Positions 1 to 14,040 of a stretch of DNA of 64,000 bases are shown in pieces (position 1 is the first letter of the stretch; every line of letters begins with the position of its first letter). The translations under genes were made by a program, and so were the position numbers. The DNA is from Acanthaster planci. Lineage: Eukaryota. Under the pieces are notes generated by a model. It saw only the letters and a program-made list of their open reading frames with translations, did no database searches and was not told the DNA's origin. The stretch spans positions 124,001-188,000 of the forward strand of contig NW_019091362.1 of assembly GCF_001949145.1 (NCBI RefSeq), read 5' to 3'.

Positions 1-3000
1 AGCATCTCTGCTTTGTGTTAACTCATTTCTTCACAGAATTTCTTTGTTTCAGATTCACGGGGAGAGGGACATTTCTGATCTGTTAAAAGAAATAAAAGAA
101 GAAAAAGAAATCCTTTGAAATCAGAGCTGTGTGTAATTGTTGGTTGTGATCCGCATTCCATCCTCCGTACGTCGTTGCATATTGAATTTATGATAAAAAA
201 AATTACTGGTTTTACCCTTACCCAGAGGGATAATTCTGTCATCTTGAGTGACCATAGCTGATCTCCCCTAGAGCATTACAGTCCATCTTCATGTTAATCC
301 TATCTCATCTTGCCTCTGGAGGCAGGAACCACGGCAGATCAATGCTGCTGACCATGCCGATATCCAGAGGAAGAGAATTAGCTGGACTGGCATCCCTTGC
401 CTCTGGTGAAATGGGAAGCTAACGTCGTCGCAGTCCTGGCGCCAGTATCATGATTTACATTCTAAAGTTGCTGCACAGAATTTCCAGAACTCAAAAATCA
501 GACAGATGGATCTGGCAAAGTAAAGTTAATTTCTTTATTTTGGAGACTGGCTTTAGTGACTACTGTGTCTCGGATCATTTTTCATCTTTCATCCAGCTAC
601 AAGGAAACAATAGATGAGAATAAGATGTTATTTGCTTAAGGAAAACCTAGCAAATCGATTTGCGGCAAGCAGTTTTCATTTCTACCTACATGTTGTACAT
701 TTACACATGCTTGCATTCAATGTTATGAATGCCTAAATTTATGAGTCAGTCTTGCGTTTTCCAGACATAGGCTAATCCATTCGTCAGAAATGACCCAATT
801 TCAGAAAGTGCAAGCTTGAATGCTTCCTGCACGTCTACATTGCGTACATTTTGTGTTTGGATTGTTTCCATGCTCATTCATTGGTCCAGTAAAAAGAAAC
901 GAAGGAAATAAACCAAGCGTCACTGACAACTTAGCAGGATAATTTGATTTCATAAATAGCCCCAGGGATTTAATTTACTTAAGTGCTGCAAGGGGACTGC
1001 GGCTGTCCATATGTCTTTACGACTGGGACTTGTCTACACATTGGCTTGGGTTTGTTTGCACAGATAGTGTAGAACTGAATTCCTGGCGTGGAGTTAAAAT
1101 TAATTCAATCATGAAATTGTTTAAAAGTCTAAATGATTCACTGTTGATTGACATGGGTTTGTATGCTTGTAATTATTCATGCTTGGATTTGTTCATTCTT
1201 GGCACATCACAGTTAAGGAGGATGGACCATCTACCAGTAGTGCATTCTATTCGGTGATTGTTTAGTAGATCATTTTTCTGTGTGATAAATTTGTAGACTC
1301 CAGGTTAGTAAAATTTCCATTCTGCATTGAACAAGGCAGCAATAAAAAAATTCTCTTTCCAAATTGAAAATAAAATTGATCATTTGTCAAGTGAGATTCA
1401 CAATCAGCAAATGCACATTGACTTTAACAGTTATGAGTTAACATTTTAAGCACATTCAGTGGTATAATAATGACTGTAAATTAATTCCCGAGGCCCAGAA
1501 CAGGTGGAGATGAACTCCATATGTTGTATTATGTAGGATGCATGTGTTATGTAATGTCTTTGCTCTTCAATTCCTGTCTCTAGAGGACCCTTATCTGTTC
1601 AGCATGAAAACTATTCTTTACCTATTGTCCATTCTCATCTCATGTATGTACAGTATATTGTTAGTTTCTGAGTGATCCTACCAATGCCTGTGTGTTGTAT
1701 TGTCTGTCCTCATCCCATGTCTGATGCAGAAAACCCCCATCCTCGCTAACAATCAAAAATGCTTTTCTCGAATGTGTTCTCTGTCCCCCCCTCTTGTCCT
1801 CACCTCCCGTTGTCCACTCGTATCTCATTGTATGTGTCGTTTTCCTTCAGGCATTGGAGGTGATTCATCCCCAGAAATGTCACAAAGAAATGACGGCATT
1901 TCTGAAACCGCGCGAAATGCCGTCTCCACTTCATTAGACATCTGTGCCCCTCTGGCAATGTGTATGTCCCTTGTCGCCACGGCGACTTATCAGCACCATC
2001 AATGTTATCGGCAGTGTGCTACCCTTGCTTTACACCAATCCTTGGTAGCAAATTAATCCAACCATCTCGGTTACTAATATAGTTTCCCCCTTAAAGCACT
2101 GTCATGACCGTTGGCCATTTTAGATGAGCGGATCGGCTGTAGGAAAAGAAAAGTTCATACATAAAGAGATGTTTTTCTTAAATCCTGCTGCTAAATAATT
2201 ACTATGCTAGCTAAATAGTGACAGAATAGGCAATGGCAGTTTTTAGATCATTTAGCCACTAGCCATGTCGTGGTTAGAATAACGTCCTGTGGGTTGTTGA
2301 GTGATTGTTTTAGACCTTAGGAATTAATTTCAGAAGTGAATTGAACTAGTTTAATGCATTCAGATTATCAAGTTAGGCAGTCAGTGTGAGACAACTGCCA
2401 AATTGCATTTAATTATTTAAATTTGGAAGTGCTTTTGATGATCTCTGCTCATTACTTTGGCACTACATCTGAAATGGGTGCTCTTCGTTTGTGATTGTAT
2501 GCTGCCAATTAGGATTTAGAATTTAATTTTGTCAGCAATTCTGGAAAGAATGAAACTCATTGAAAAAATGTCTGAATAAGATATGCAAGGAGTGCAGATC
2601 TAAGTGTGTACTGTCAATTTTAGTCTCAAACGGTCAGACAAGAGTCCGGATTCAGAACTGGAAAAAATACTTATTTTGAGAAGTCTCGGATCCCGCCGAC
2701 CAACGATTTATTGATATAAATATATAAAAAAATATTTTGGGGGCTCCGCTGTCTGACAAAGTCCCCAATTTCAATTTTGTGAGCATTGGTCCTTGGCAGC
2801 TAGCTCTTGTGATATGGTATACCTCTTCGGTTTTCTGTGTTGCAGATTTATTGGTACTCTTCCTTCTGACTTGAAGACCCTTATTTCTTTTTCTTGGACT
2901 ATAGAAAACATTTTATGTTTTTCCATCCTTCTCTGAAAAAATCCCAGCTCCAGCTTATAAAAAGTGCTCACAGGGTCATCTTCGTCCTCATGTACATGTA

Positions 3001-5154
3001 CATGTAACTGGAGCAAATCTCTCTCACCTTAAATCTTTGAAAACATCACATTTTATTATCTTGAGAGCATCTATCTCAAACACGAACATCGGATTTCACA
3101 TTGAAATATGATTATCCTCTCCTTTTGTTCACAAGCCTTCTTCTCAGTCACCACTATGCTCTATTTTTCTGTATTATTTCCACTTTCATTCAATGTTGAT
3201 GTGTAAATTGTGGCAGCTTCGACATTATAACATTCCTACGTACAGGTACATTAATAACCTGGATCAACATTTGTGCCTGACTCAGTCTCTGGTACATCCC
3301 CCCCTCCTTACCTGACTAGTCATCTCTACACCTGACCCGGTCAGTTCCCAGGATTCTCATTCATTGTGCTCTACCATGCCCAATCCCTTGTGTTTACCCA
3401 CTGCTCTGGTTGTTTGCTAAGGTGATATCTGTTACTGGTGGTTTGTTGGGGAGAGTGCATGGCTTGTCCTGAGTTGAACTCATTCATGGGGAAGGAGACT
3501 CCCACGGCTTGCTACTCTGTAGCTTAATGTACTGCTGTACATGGAAATGGTCCTGATGTTGGGCAAGGATACTTGGCCTTAACTGCATTTCTCATACAAT
3601 ATAAAAATCATTACCAGCAAACCTTTGAATGGGATGAGAAGCATTTGGAAAAGGTTAGGATGAGAGTGGAGAGGAATTGTGTTGTGTCCTTGCATATGTT
3701 GTCATATGACAAGCAACAATTAGAAAATAGATTGCAAACAATTACAAATGACAAGACGTCATCCAGTATCACTTCAATACATATATTTTGGTTTTTAAAA
3801 AGTTACTGTTTTATCACCGAAAATCCAAAATAGAAATTGAAAAATTGATACCTGTCCAATGACAAAATCATCAAATTCACTAAATCAAGTGTTTGGTTAA
3901 TTATTCATGCTGGAGTGTGTATAAATTAAATTACCATTTTGAAGGACTGTTTTCTAAGTTGTTTAGTTTTTGATTGCTCATCAGAAATTCCTGGAAAAGA
4001 GTGGCTGCAATGAGAGAGAGCCATTGTCATGAACGTGTTGACACTGCCGTGTCAGGACAGCACTCTGTGTTTGCTAGCGCCGTGTAGGCTTCAGTGCCGG
4101 GTAAAAGCCAGAGTACACTGTCCTAGAGTCACCCCCCAAGAACAAATGACAGTTTGGATGAAATATCAATGATGGAGTGATGAGGGAGAGGATGATGGAA
4201 ATGAGATGAGCAGTGTCTTGGTGGAAGAGAAAAAAATAAAGAAAAATGCAAGGAGAAGAGATGTTTTAAGAGGCACGCAGAAGACAGATGAAGAGATAAA
4301 AATAGATCTGGAATTGGAAGAAATTTTAACTCTAAGAATTACCCGCATACTGACAATCTTATTCTCTGCTTTTCTCCCTGCTGTGTCTGAAAGGGAAAGG
4401 GATGGTTAAATTCAAGTCTGAGAACAGGGTATTCTTAAATAGGAACATTTTTTCCATTTCCAAATCACAGCATTTTTCTAAGACTATGCTAACACCATTA
4501 CTTAATGCAGTGCTTTCTTAACCAGAGGCCTTGTTTTTTGTCAGGGACTAATCAGCTGTGTTTTCGATTATGTTTTACCAAGAAAAATATCAAGACATTT
4601 TCCTTCACAGATTTTATGTTAGGTCAAGATGAAGCATACAAGTAGCTATGCATGGGGCTTTATCATTACTGTAAACAAAAGGTAAAAGGAAATTTCTGCT
4701 ACTTACAATTAAAGCCTGGTAAAATTTTCTGAATCAGTTTGGTTATAGTCACACACTTTAGGTTGTGTGAAACACAGCTTTCCATGCATCATTCTGCTCA
4801 ACTCAAATGATGTTCATTGATGTTCTCAAAACATGAGATGCAAAAATGATTAATATACCAATTCAGTGACAAAGTGGACAACCTGTAGCCTTGTCCCACC
4901 TTCTGTGTGATGCAATGCCTGCATTTTGTATGGCTCGTTCTTCATTTATACAACAAAACTGTGAAAAACTGCATAGATATGTGTGCATTGACAAATCTAC
5001 CTCGAGGTAGGCTGCCCATTGCCCAAGGGATTGTTAAGAGTTGGCTTCAGTCATTTTCTTAAACAGTTATGACCCACAGGATTGTAACATAAGATCACCA
5101 GGGAAAAGAATGCATTGAATGAATATTTGTACAAAGTTCTAGAAAGACAGTGCT

Positions 5155-5433
5155 ATCCACCCTGAGCTGAAGTGCACCCTCACCAGGGAAAGACAGACAG
5201 ATGGTACATGTACAAGTGCCAGTACTAAGTTTTCCAACCAGGTTCTTTCAAGTGTTGGGCGTGCACGCAAAGACCATACATTCCAGACTAAATTTGTTGC
5301 GCACACTCAGCGTGCTCCATGTCAAACGCACATAAACTTCCACACCTATGCAGTAAATTTGTACCAAAGGAATGTCAATTTCATTTTAAAACACGCCCTC
5401 TTCTGTTCCTGCTCGGAGCGTATATAGTGTAAG
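5155..5433 (+). repeat. Dispersed repeat copy A (shared with 9578-9803)
   Basis: Collinear shared blocks TGAAGTGCACCCTCACCAG, AAGTTTTCCA, AAAGACCATACATT and CAAAGGA.TGTCAATTTC.TTT.AAAACA. Confidence 0.7.
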
Positions 5434-7797
5434 TGTTTTTCTGTATCTTAGCGTCCATATGTTGGCACAGTTGTTACATATTAAATATAACGTGTACCTG
5501 ATGAAACAAAGACACATTTATAGTGAAAATGTGGAGTGATGATGGCCAGTTACACGTATTTAAAGGCTTACCTGTTGCAAAATGAATCTATGAAATCCTT
5601 GATGCTAATTGGTAGATACCAAGGCAACAGTAGTTGAATAAACATGTACATGTATGTATTTCAATATATATCCTTTATGTGCCACACCCACTAATGTTGC
5701 ATGCGTGGGACAGTTGCTTATGCTGAGAATATTTCAAAAATGCTTGCATGATGTTAAGTGTCTAGGCAGTTTTTTCAGTGCAACTCTTGAAAATGCATGT
5801 ACTTGCACGTGTCTCGATAAACCTCATTTTCAGTTATTGTTTTGCTGTTTTTAATTTTGGTGCCTGTTAATTTTTTGGGTTGATACCACCCAAGGAAGAA
5901 GACCTCTTGTGCTGAAAGTGCTGAAATTATTCATATTTTGCTGGCCTAGCTTTCCTTCTCTTTGCTGATTCATCGTTGTGTATTTGCACGGCAGTTAGCA
6001 TCCCTTTCTCAGATATACTTGCAATATACTTGGTTTCACAGTTTTTATAGAAAATCTATCAAAATGAACAGTGTCTTCCCAGATTGACATCACAGCAGCA
6101 GCACCCTCAGTTGTCGGCACGGACAAGTTTAAAATAATGTTGTAATAATGTTTAACCCAACCGGGATGTCAAATAGGTTTCAAAAAGAAAAAAAGAAGGG
6201 TAGGCCTACACAGAAAGGAGGTTGGATAATAAGACGAGTAAGAAAATTCATAGCCAGGACCCCATGTTGATTTGAAGATGAGACCGTTCAAGCACCCTTT
6301 GAAAATTTAGCCAATTGGCATACAGGACATGAATACATTTTGTTTAGTCTTGTTTTTACTTTTGATGACAGCTGCCAGTATAAACTTGTAACTTAATTCA
6401 CTTCACAGAATCGAGGTCCTTATAAGTTATATGAACACAATCATGTATTCCATGGAGGAAATACATGTAAGTACAAGTACTTGAATGTGCCTAGGCATGC
6501 ATGTATAGGACTCAGATACATCAGTGGGCCACCACTCACCAAATAAAGTTCAAAGAAGAGAAAATTGAGGTGGGTAAAATTTCTGCGATATGGAAAATGA
6601 AGAAATTAAATTATGCATGGATTGGAGGCATTGTGTTACATCTAGGAAGCTGCTGGTTAGGTTTAATTGACTCTCTGGAAGGGCATCTTTAGCCAGTAAT
6701 CAATCTTCTTCAAGTTCTGTCTGTAGCATAGTCTGGCATGATCAATCTTTGGCTTGGGTGGACAGCAGTATGCTGTTTGTCTTGTGTTTCCTGTGACCTC
6801 GAGTTACCTCTGGTATTCTACTGGTACCTCAGTTTCAAGACAAGAGTTGTACATGGAGCGATTTGACAGAGATAGATTGGAAATTCAGCATGTACTGAAG
6901 TATCAGTCCAGCCCATATATTTGGTTTTCTTTTGTGACTGATCAAATCCATCTCTTGAAGACGTTTTGAAGAGGAGGTGTCTGTTGAATGTGTGGATAGC
7001 CTTCACAATTACAAATTATGAGCTTGTATTGAGTTTTATTGAAAGGGAAAAAACAGGGTTGAGTTGACAGATCAGGAGACACCCTGTATGTTGGGACATG
7101 GTGCTGCTTGCAGTCTGGAGTAGTTACATTAGACAGAATGCTGCTTATAACTCTTGGCAGAGTAGGATGAAACAATTAGGCCTTGGATGTGCTTAGATTA
7201 AAAAGATTGGATTTGTCAAGATTAAACTAGAAAATAGATCTAACTGTGTCAGGGCCCACAATTTCATGGCCTTGCTAAAAATCCAAATAAACTCATAGTA
7301 TGTGTGCTTATCAGCATAAGAAATGCACATTATCCCATATACCAGCAGGTGGCTTACCTGTTGTTGCTCTGAAGTTAGAGTGTTTTCTGGGTAGGCCTAA
7401 TGTCAGTACATTAGCAGTGTCCTTGACATTGGCTCATGATCTCTTGAGGTGGGAACTTCCTCATCCAGCGGCAGGAGGATATACACAATATTCACATGAG
7501 CATTGGCTGTTAAGATTGTTGGCTTTTAATAGCTGTGGGTAGAGATGCAGGTTCTCAGGCAAGGGGTTTCATGTACTGTGTTTCTGTCTTTCTGTATCTT
7601 GATGTTACATGTACAATGCTAGATGAACATTCAATAAGATTGATTTGTCTCTAGCAAGTATCACCATGGCTTTCTTCGGCAGGTTGTACATGTAAGTTGT
7701 GTGCATGTACCAGTACATTATTGATAGCTTTGAATTTATGTGGTTTTATCTTTTGATGTAAGGTGAAATTGTGTGGGATAAATATACATGTACAGCT

Positions 7798-7912
7798 GTG
7801 TCTGAATCACTTGGCTACGGCTGGAAATTACACACAACTCTATGGGAACTGGCCGCAGCCACTACCATAGACTTGTTTGTAATTTCAAGCCACAGCCAAG
7901 TGATTCAGACAC
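7798..7912. mobile_element. Foldback (palindromic) MITE-like element
   Basis: GTGTCTGAATCACTTGGCT (7798-7816) is the reverse complement of 7894-7912; the arms keep pairing inward through GAAATTAC/GTAATTTC and CTATGG/CCATAG. Confidence 0.65.
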
Positions 7913-9577
7913 TGCATAACATTTGAATAACTGAATAGTTTCAGCTTTCTTTCCTTTTTTAAATATTACGTATGTAAATTTGCAACACGTTAAAGGTTAT
8001 CCCGTAAGCTTAAAAGACTACTCTGGTTAGGCCAAGTAAAAAAATGTTTTGAAAAATAGGGAGAAGGTGGGAAATTTTAGTTTTTATTTTCAAGATGGCC
8101 GCCACTTCCATTGAAATGTGCGCAATTTGCAGCCATAGCCTTATGCGACATTCAAAGACGTTTGAAATGGACATCGCATGGTCACCAACAGTCTAACGTA
8201 CTTCAGAAGTTCTGGCTTGCAAGTTGTTTATTTTCCAATTGATCACTTAATTGACATTTTGGCGGTTCCAACTTACTTATTCCAACATTTTTTTTTTTAA
8301 AATAAAAATTGAGGTAGCCCCAAAAAGGAGTCTGGGGAAGGGGACGCTAAACATGTTAATTGTTTTACTTTGCCTTTTCAGATTTGGAAACGATGTCATG
8401 AGTGTACCAATGGTGGGAACACTCATGCATTGACCATATGCACATCAAAATTACAACTGTACAACCAATTTGAGCTGCCAAATTACATGCATGCCTCAAG
8501 TTCAGAACGATTGCAACCTGTTTATGAATATGGTGCCATAAGTAATGGTCTCTCATCACTTTAGTCTATGAAAATGTACATTTGAAATAACTCTTGTATA
8601 TACCAGCAGAAACAAAAGTTTTAAAGGTCACTTTCTTAAAATGATTTTCACCAAGCTAAGGTGTATTCACAGATTGCACACCAAAAATTTGTGGACTAAA
8701 CATTCAGTAATACATGACCTTTTGACTTCTTGGCCCACAAATTATCCTTAATCATCGTATTTATCTCTAAGCCCACTGCACTTTACCTCCCAAAGGTACC
8801 AGAGGATTAACCCAGTCTGATCCACAGATATCCCAGATACTCATGTCAGTGATGTGTCAGCAGCTGAAATGATAGATACTTGTACCAGTCATAGAAGGAT
8901 TGCTACATGTACCATGCTTGAGGGCTTTCAGTACTTGGGTTATGTGTGAAGTATATGCATTGCGTTAGTGACAAGGGGCAGTCCGTACATGTATATGTAC
9001 ATGTACGCACGAAGTGCCGACTTTTCATATCTCCCTCCCCGCTGTACACATGCCATACGCAGTGGCTCCAACCTCCCCTCCTGTACGCATACGCATCAGA
9101 GTAATGACCCAAAATATCATCAACCGAAGGAATATCACACTTTACAGGGTTGTACGTTTGTAGCTACAATGTAATGCATTATACTTCCGCACGGGTGAGG
9201 GCACCTGTACGCTTCCAGAAGACACTGCCGGTTTTTGTGTCATGAGTAATGCTGCGATTTACTGATAATGGGCGTTGACACGGGAGCATAATTAGTGGGG
9301 TGGACGATAGTGCGTTTGAATGGTTCTTTGACACACAAAAGCTCATTTTGGTATTTGTTTGTATAAGAAAGTGTGTTGATATGATGAAGATTCATTAAAG
9401 GCAAATTTTAAGTTTGCGTATGGTATGCACTAGCTTGAAAGCCCTCCCCTTCCGTACGCATGGTGTATGCAACAGCACCAATCCCCATTCCTTCTTCAGC
9501 ATATGTACTTTATGGGCAGCCCCCATGGAAGTCTATCCTCACTATAAAGCAGTTTGTATTTAAAATACATGCTGCGC

Positions 9578-9803
9578 ATCCACCTTAAGTTGAAGTGCAC
9601 CCTCACCAGAGAAGGAAAGACAGGCTGGTACGAAGTTTTCCAGCTGGGTTCTTGCACGCATTTGGCGTGTGCATAAAGACCATACATTGCGGACAAATGT
9701 GCATAAACATGTGCGCCTTTGCAGTGAGTTCGTAGCAAAGGACTGTCAATTTCTTTTAAAAACATGTCCTCTTTTATTCTCTCTTGGAACGGATATCGGT
9801 GAG
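9578..9803 (+). repeat. Dispersed repeat copy B (shared with 5155-5433)
   Basis: Same collinear blocks as copy A, with indels and many substitutions. Confidence 0.7.
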
Positions 9804-12800
9804 CATAGTTACTCCTCCCCAAACTTTGGATATGGTTTAGCAGGCTTCAAACCAAACACTTCGTGGCCAGAGTTAGAAGCCGTTACTTTTTCAGTGCCAT
9901 ATGCAGATCGAGCACTCATGTTAAATGCCTCTTTGACTAATAAGGGGGCAACACTGCCAAAATATACCCATGCCTCATGTTTAGAATGCACATTACATTT
10001 GTGTGAGTGTCATTGCAGTTAACAGTGTTGCCTCAGATTAGTGGTTTACAAGTACATGTACATGTACATGTTGGGTAAAGTTGCTTGATCTTGGTGATTG
10101 GTTGACATTGCTTTATTATCTGACAAAAATTTTAACTAGATTGATTGCCTTTTTCTCTCTAGTTCACGGTTGTGGGTAGTTGTTTCAAAACAGGGAAGTA
10201 AAGTCAGAGATTTCAGATGAGATTAACTGTTGTGCGATGTGATCACACCATCATGTTGATCGACTCATAACACCAAACATGCATTATACAATTTGGATTT
10301 TAATAAGTGGTAGTTTCTAAAAGAAATTTGAATTAAAGTCACACTTTTGTAATAGTGCAGTATGTACTTACCTTCTTTCAAAGCTGGCAAACCATAAAGG
10401 ACCCTACTTTGCTGAGAAAAATTTATCTTCCTCAAACTTCAGTTTATACAAAAATGTGTCTGTATGTCAGCTGATTTGTTTGAAATGTTTCATTCATCGT
10501 TAACATTTGTTACAACCAACTGTGTGGAGTGCAGTTTACAAAAAGTCTGCACTGTACGGCAGCCTTGATAAAGAGGTGAATTTTTTTGTTTAGAAAAACT
10601 CCAAGCACCAGAATAATTGGATAGCTATTTTGTTTGATTTTTACCCAAAAGCCTCTTACAGAGATTCTGTGATCAGCGATCCTTTGCCAATTAATCACCA
10701 GAGTTGCCTCTCTATCTAATGCTGCTTTCCTTGATTGGCAATTTCTGTCCAATTAAAATCAGCGGGAGACTGAAAAATGGAGGTTCCACCATTCCTAAAA
10801 AATCCCCTGGCCAGTAATGAGGAATACGTGTAATGTACAGTGACAGTTCCATCATGACTGGTTTGTTTGCCCTGGTAAGATGCATTTTGGAAAGCAAATG
10901 ATTAATGTCCTTTCAACTCCTGTGAATTTTGTCAAGACAGATACGATTGTACTTCAGCTTGGCTTCACAGTTTATTGCTATAATGGTTTCATGGTAGGCT
11001 GGCTTTTTGGTAAACCAAGTCAGCCATCGATAGCATTGACAGACAATGCAAGAATTAGATACCCAGTCAGTTCTCTACTCTGTTATGTAGTCCCACCTTT
11101 TCCTTTCCAATTCACCCTCCCTAGACTAATCCTATTTCAGAGGCCAGCCCATCTTCTGCAGGGTTATTCAGGTGTGTCTAACTCAATTACATCGGGACAG
11201 CTCCCCTAGGCTTCTTCCATTGTTCCCCAGACCTGCAAACCCTCACGGGTAATAGACTTGCTTCAGTTTCATATAGAATGCCACAGTGGAGCGCTTTATT
11301 CTTGCCTAAGTTGTATTTCCTGCTGTAAAGCATAGGTGGTGACTGGCACAAGTCGAAAGCCATATTTGGGTCAATCATTGGAAGGTATTGTTGTGTCTGA
11401 GGCATCAGTGTCTTGTATTGTTGATTTGTCCAATCAGCCATGGCTAACACAGTAATGGAAGGGGACAAACCAAGGGGACATGCAGTGCTGAAGCTGCAGA
11501 GTTCTTACCACTTTGCTGATAAATCTTGTCGGGTGATGATGTGGGAAAACAGTGAGGTGTGGTGACCATCATATTGGCATGTAGCATAGGAAAGCTTTGA
11601 TGCATCTCTGTAGGGAACTGTATTTTGAAGGCTCCACTAAGCAAACTGGCCAGCAATTCACCATTGTGCCTCAGGATTTATTAGCATTAGAGGAAAACCT
11701 CTTGAGGATGAGAGAGTTGGTGTCACATCCAAGGCGCCCAGACTGAGATCCAAGCTTCACCTGAGTGAATTCCTGAGCAATGTGAGTGGTTCCTGTGTGA
11801 GTTAAATTATGAATAATCCATTTCATATTCACAGCTGCTGTGTTGTTGCAGATATTCACAGATGCTGGTTGCAAGGAATTGTATGGTCCACGGCTGATGT
11901 TTGGAGTGGCTTTGGAATCATGGTCTTACTCTGATATGTGGGTGGTCCGTGAAGAATTGAAGGGTGCTGTTGTATTATGCGGAATGACTGAAAAAGAGTA
12001 AAATAGGAGATACAGCGAATGGTCTGGGTCCCGGTGTCTACTGTAATGTGTGCTGTGTCATATTCTGTAGAATGAACCTTTTCTAAAGAGAGGATTTTTG
12101 TATTACACGTCCATATGAGGAATTCCTGTTTGGTGAATAGCCCTTAACAAATTTGAAGTGACCATTGCTGAGGCAATAGACAAGTGACCATGGATTAGTC
12201 CCAATGGTGGATGGGTGACTACTACAAGCAGGTAAAGGGAGCCACCATAAAAAGGCAGTCACAGGACAGTTGGCTACATAGACAGGTGGTCACATTGGAC
12301 AGGTGGTCTCAGAATACAGGTTATACAACAAGAAACAGGTGCCTTGCTGCACATGTAAGTGCTTTGGGATGTACATGTACAATGCACATGTCATCAAGAT
12401 GATCCCAAGCCAGCCAGGCTTGTCAGATTGCCAAAGTTCAGGCTGTAGTAACTTACATACGCGGTATAATGCTGATTGACATCAAACTTGTTAAGGAATG
12501 CATGACATTATTACGAAAGCCAGAAATCAGTTTTAGAGGAGCTAGCCTATCCTTACACAAGCTGAGTGCTCAAGGTTTAAATTCGGATTAGCAGTGTAAT
12601 GAGGACTGTGGAAGTCTGAAAGATTGCCAGCTATGTAATCTGATTCAGCATCTGTATCCTCCAACAATCAAGGACAGGTGTAGTGTCTTGGAAGTCAAAT
12701 AGATTCAAGCAATCTGTAGCCATTGGAGGAAAGTACAATTCCACAGATTTGTTTCAATTCCTGTGCATAGTAGGTTGCTTCTTAGAAGTTCAGTACCAAT

Positions 12801-14005
12801 AATTGGATGATAAATTAGTGACCAGAGGAAAAAAAAGTGTGCATGAAGCCAACTATAACTGAGATAGTTTGTTCTTGAGTCTCGGAAAAGATTCTAGGAA
12901 CATATGCAGAACCGATAATTAACTCAGACTAACTCAGACTACTTATCTGAGGAAACACCATTACTAAACTGGCACTACGCTCATGCATGTATTGATGTGC
13001 GTCCACTTCAACAAGTCACAGCCACTAGCGGTTAAAGAGATGTGTGTTTTCATTGAGAGGGGTACAGTGGTGGCCGTGGCCCCCGTGACAAAAAGGAACA
13101 AACATTTGTTCTTGTTTTTGAAAAAGGATTTTTTTTTTTACTATACTTAGGGGGACTTTTCTCCCAACTTTATTTTAGGATGTGACCGGAGTATTAAGAT
13201 GTGTTATTTTTTGCACCAGCTTGAAGGCAGGCATTGTAAGCTGTACCTGAGCAGATGTGCTCATACATCAACTGCCGAGAGTGCCTGTTAATTTCTTTGA
13301 AGTGGCTAAACACAGGGAGGAGTTGAGGCACGAACAATCGTTAGATGTGGCCTATTTAATCCTCATCAATAATCTCGGGATCAATAGCTGGCTTTCAGCA
13401 CTGGATTCGCCAGCCCCGGCAAACTGTTAATTAGCAGTATTGATGGTAATGATTGGACCCTTAGGATCTAAAGAACAATGCCCTGTGTCTGGCAAGGTTG
13501 GGGTTACATAGGTGTTGTGTGGAAATGTACATGTAGCCAAGCTGACAGCTGAATATATACTGCATTGGATACACACACAGATGTGCACAGGGTTGGCTGA
13601 ATGCCTCGGTCTACATGTGCTATACATGTAGACTGGTACCTACTGTTCAGAGAGGCGGAATAATGAACTAGTGTACCGGTACATGAACATTTTAGTTTGA
13701 GAAAGGACGTTTTGAAGTATCTGAGCAGCTGTGTACAGTATCATGCAACTGACAAAAAGGTGGGGTCTGTTACTGACATATACCAGTACATCTATTACAT
13801 TGTGAAATTGTCTAACATGATCTTATCTACGAAAAGAAAATGCCAAATGTACCATCTACAGAAATTCAAATCACAGTCCATGTAGAAATTGTTCCAATGA
13901 TTATACTTTTAATACCACTTTTTAGGCAGAGTACATGTTTCTTACTAAGGATAAGGTGCTAGGGTTTGAGTAGAGTGACAGTATGGAGCTTGCCCCATGG
14001 ATATG

Positions 14006-14040
14006 CATGTACATGTACCTACATGTACATGTACATGTAC
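14006..14040. repeat. (TACATG)n microsatellite-like run
   Basis: catgtacatgtacctacatgtacatgtacatgtac; shorter TACATGTA copies recur throughout the introns. Confidence 0.8.

Noticed and set aside
7798..7912. Hairpins here and at 24985-25218 as pre-miRNAs
   Set aside because: No recognisable mature miRNA; the architecture fits foldback MITEs better.
11187..12000. Cluster of minus-strand short ORFs with A/C-skewed composition, possibly a decayed retroelement
   Set aside because: No RT, RNase H or integrase motif recognisable by eye; would need BLASTX.
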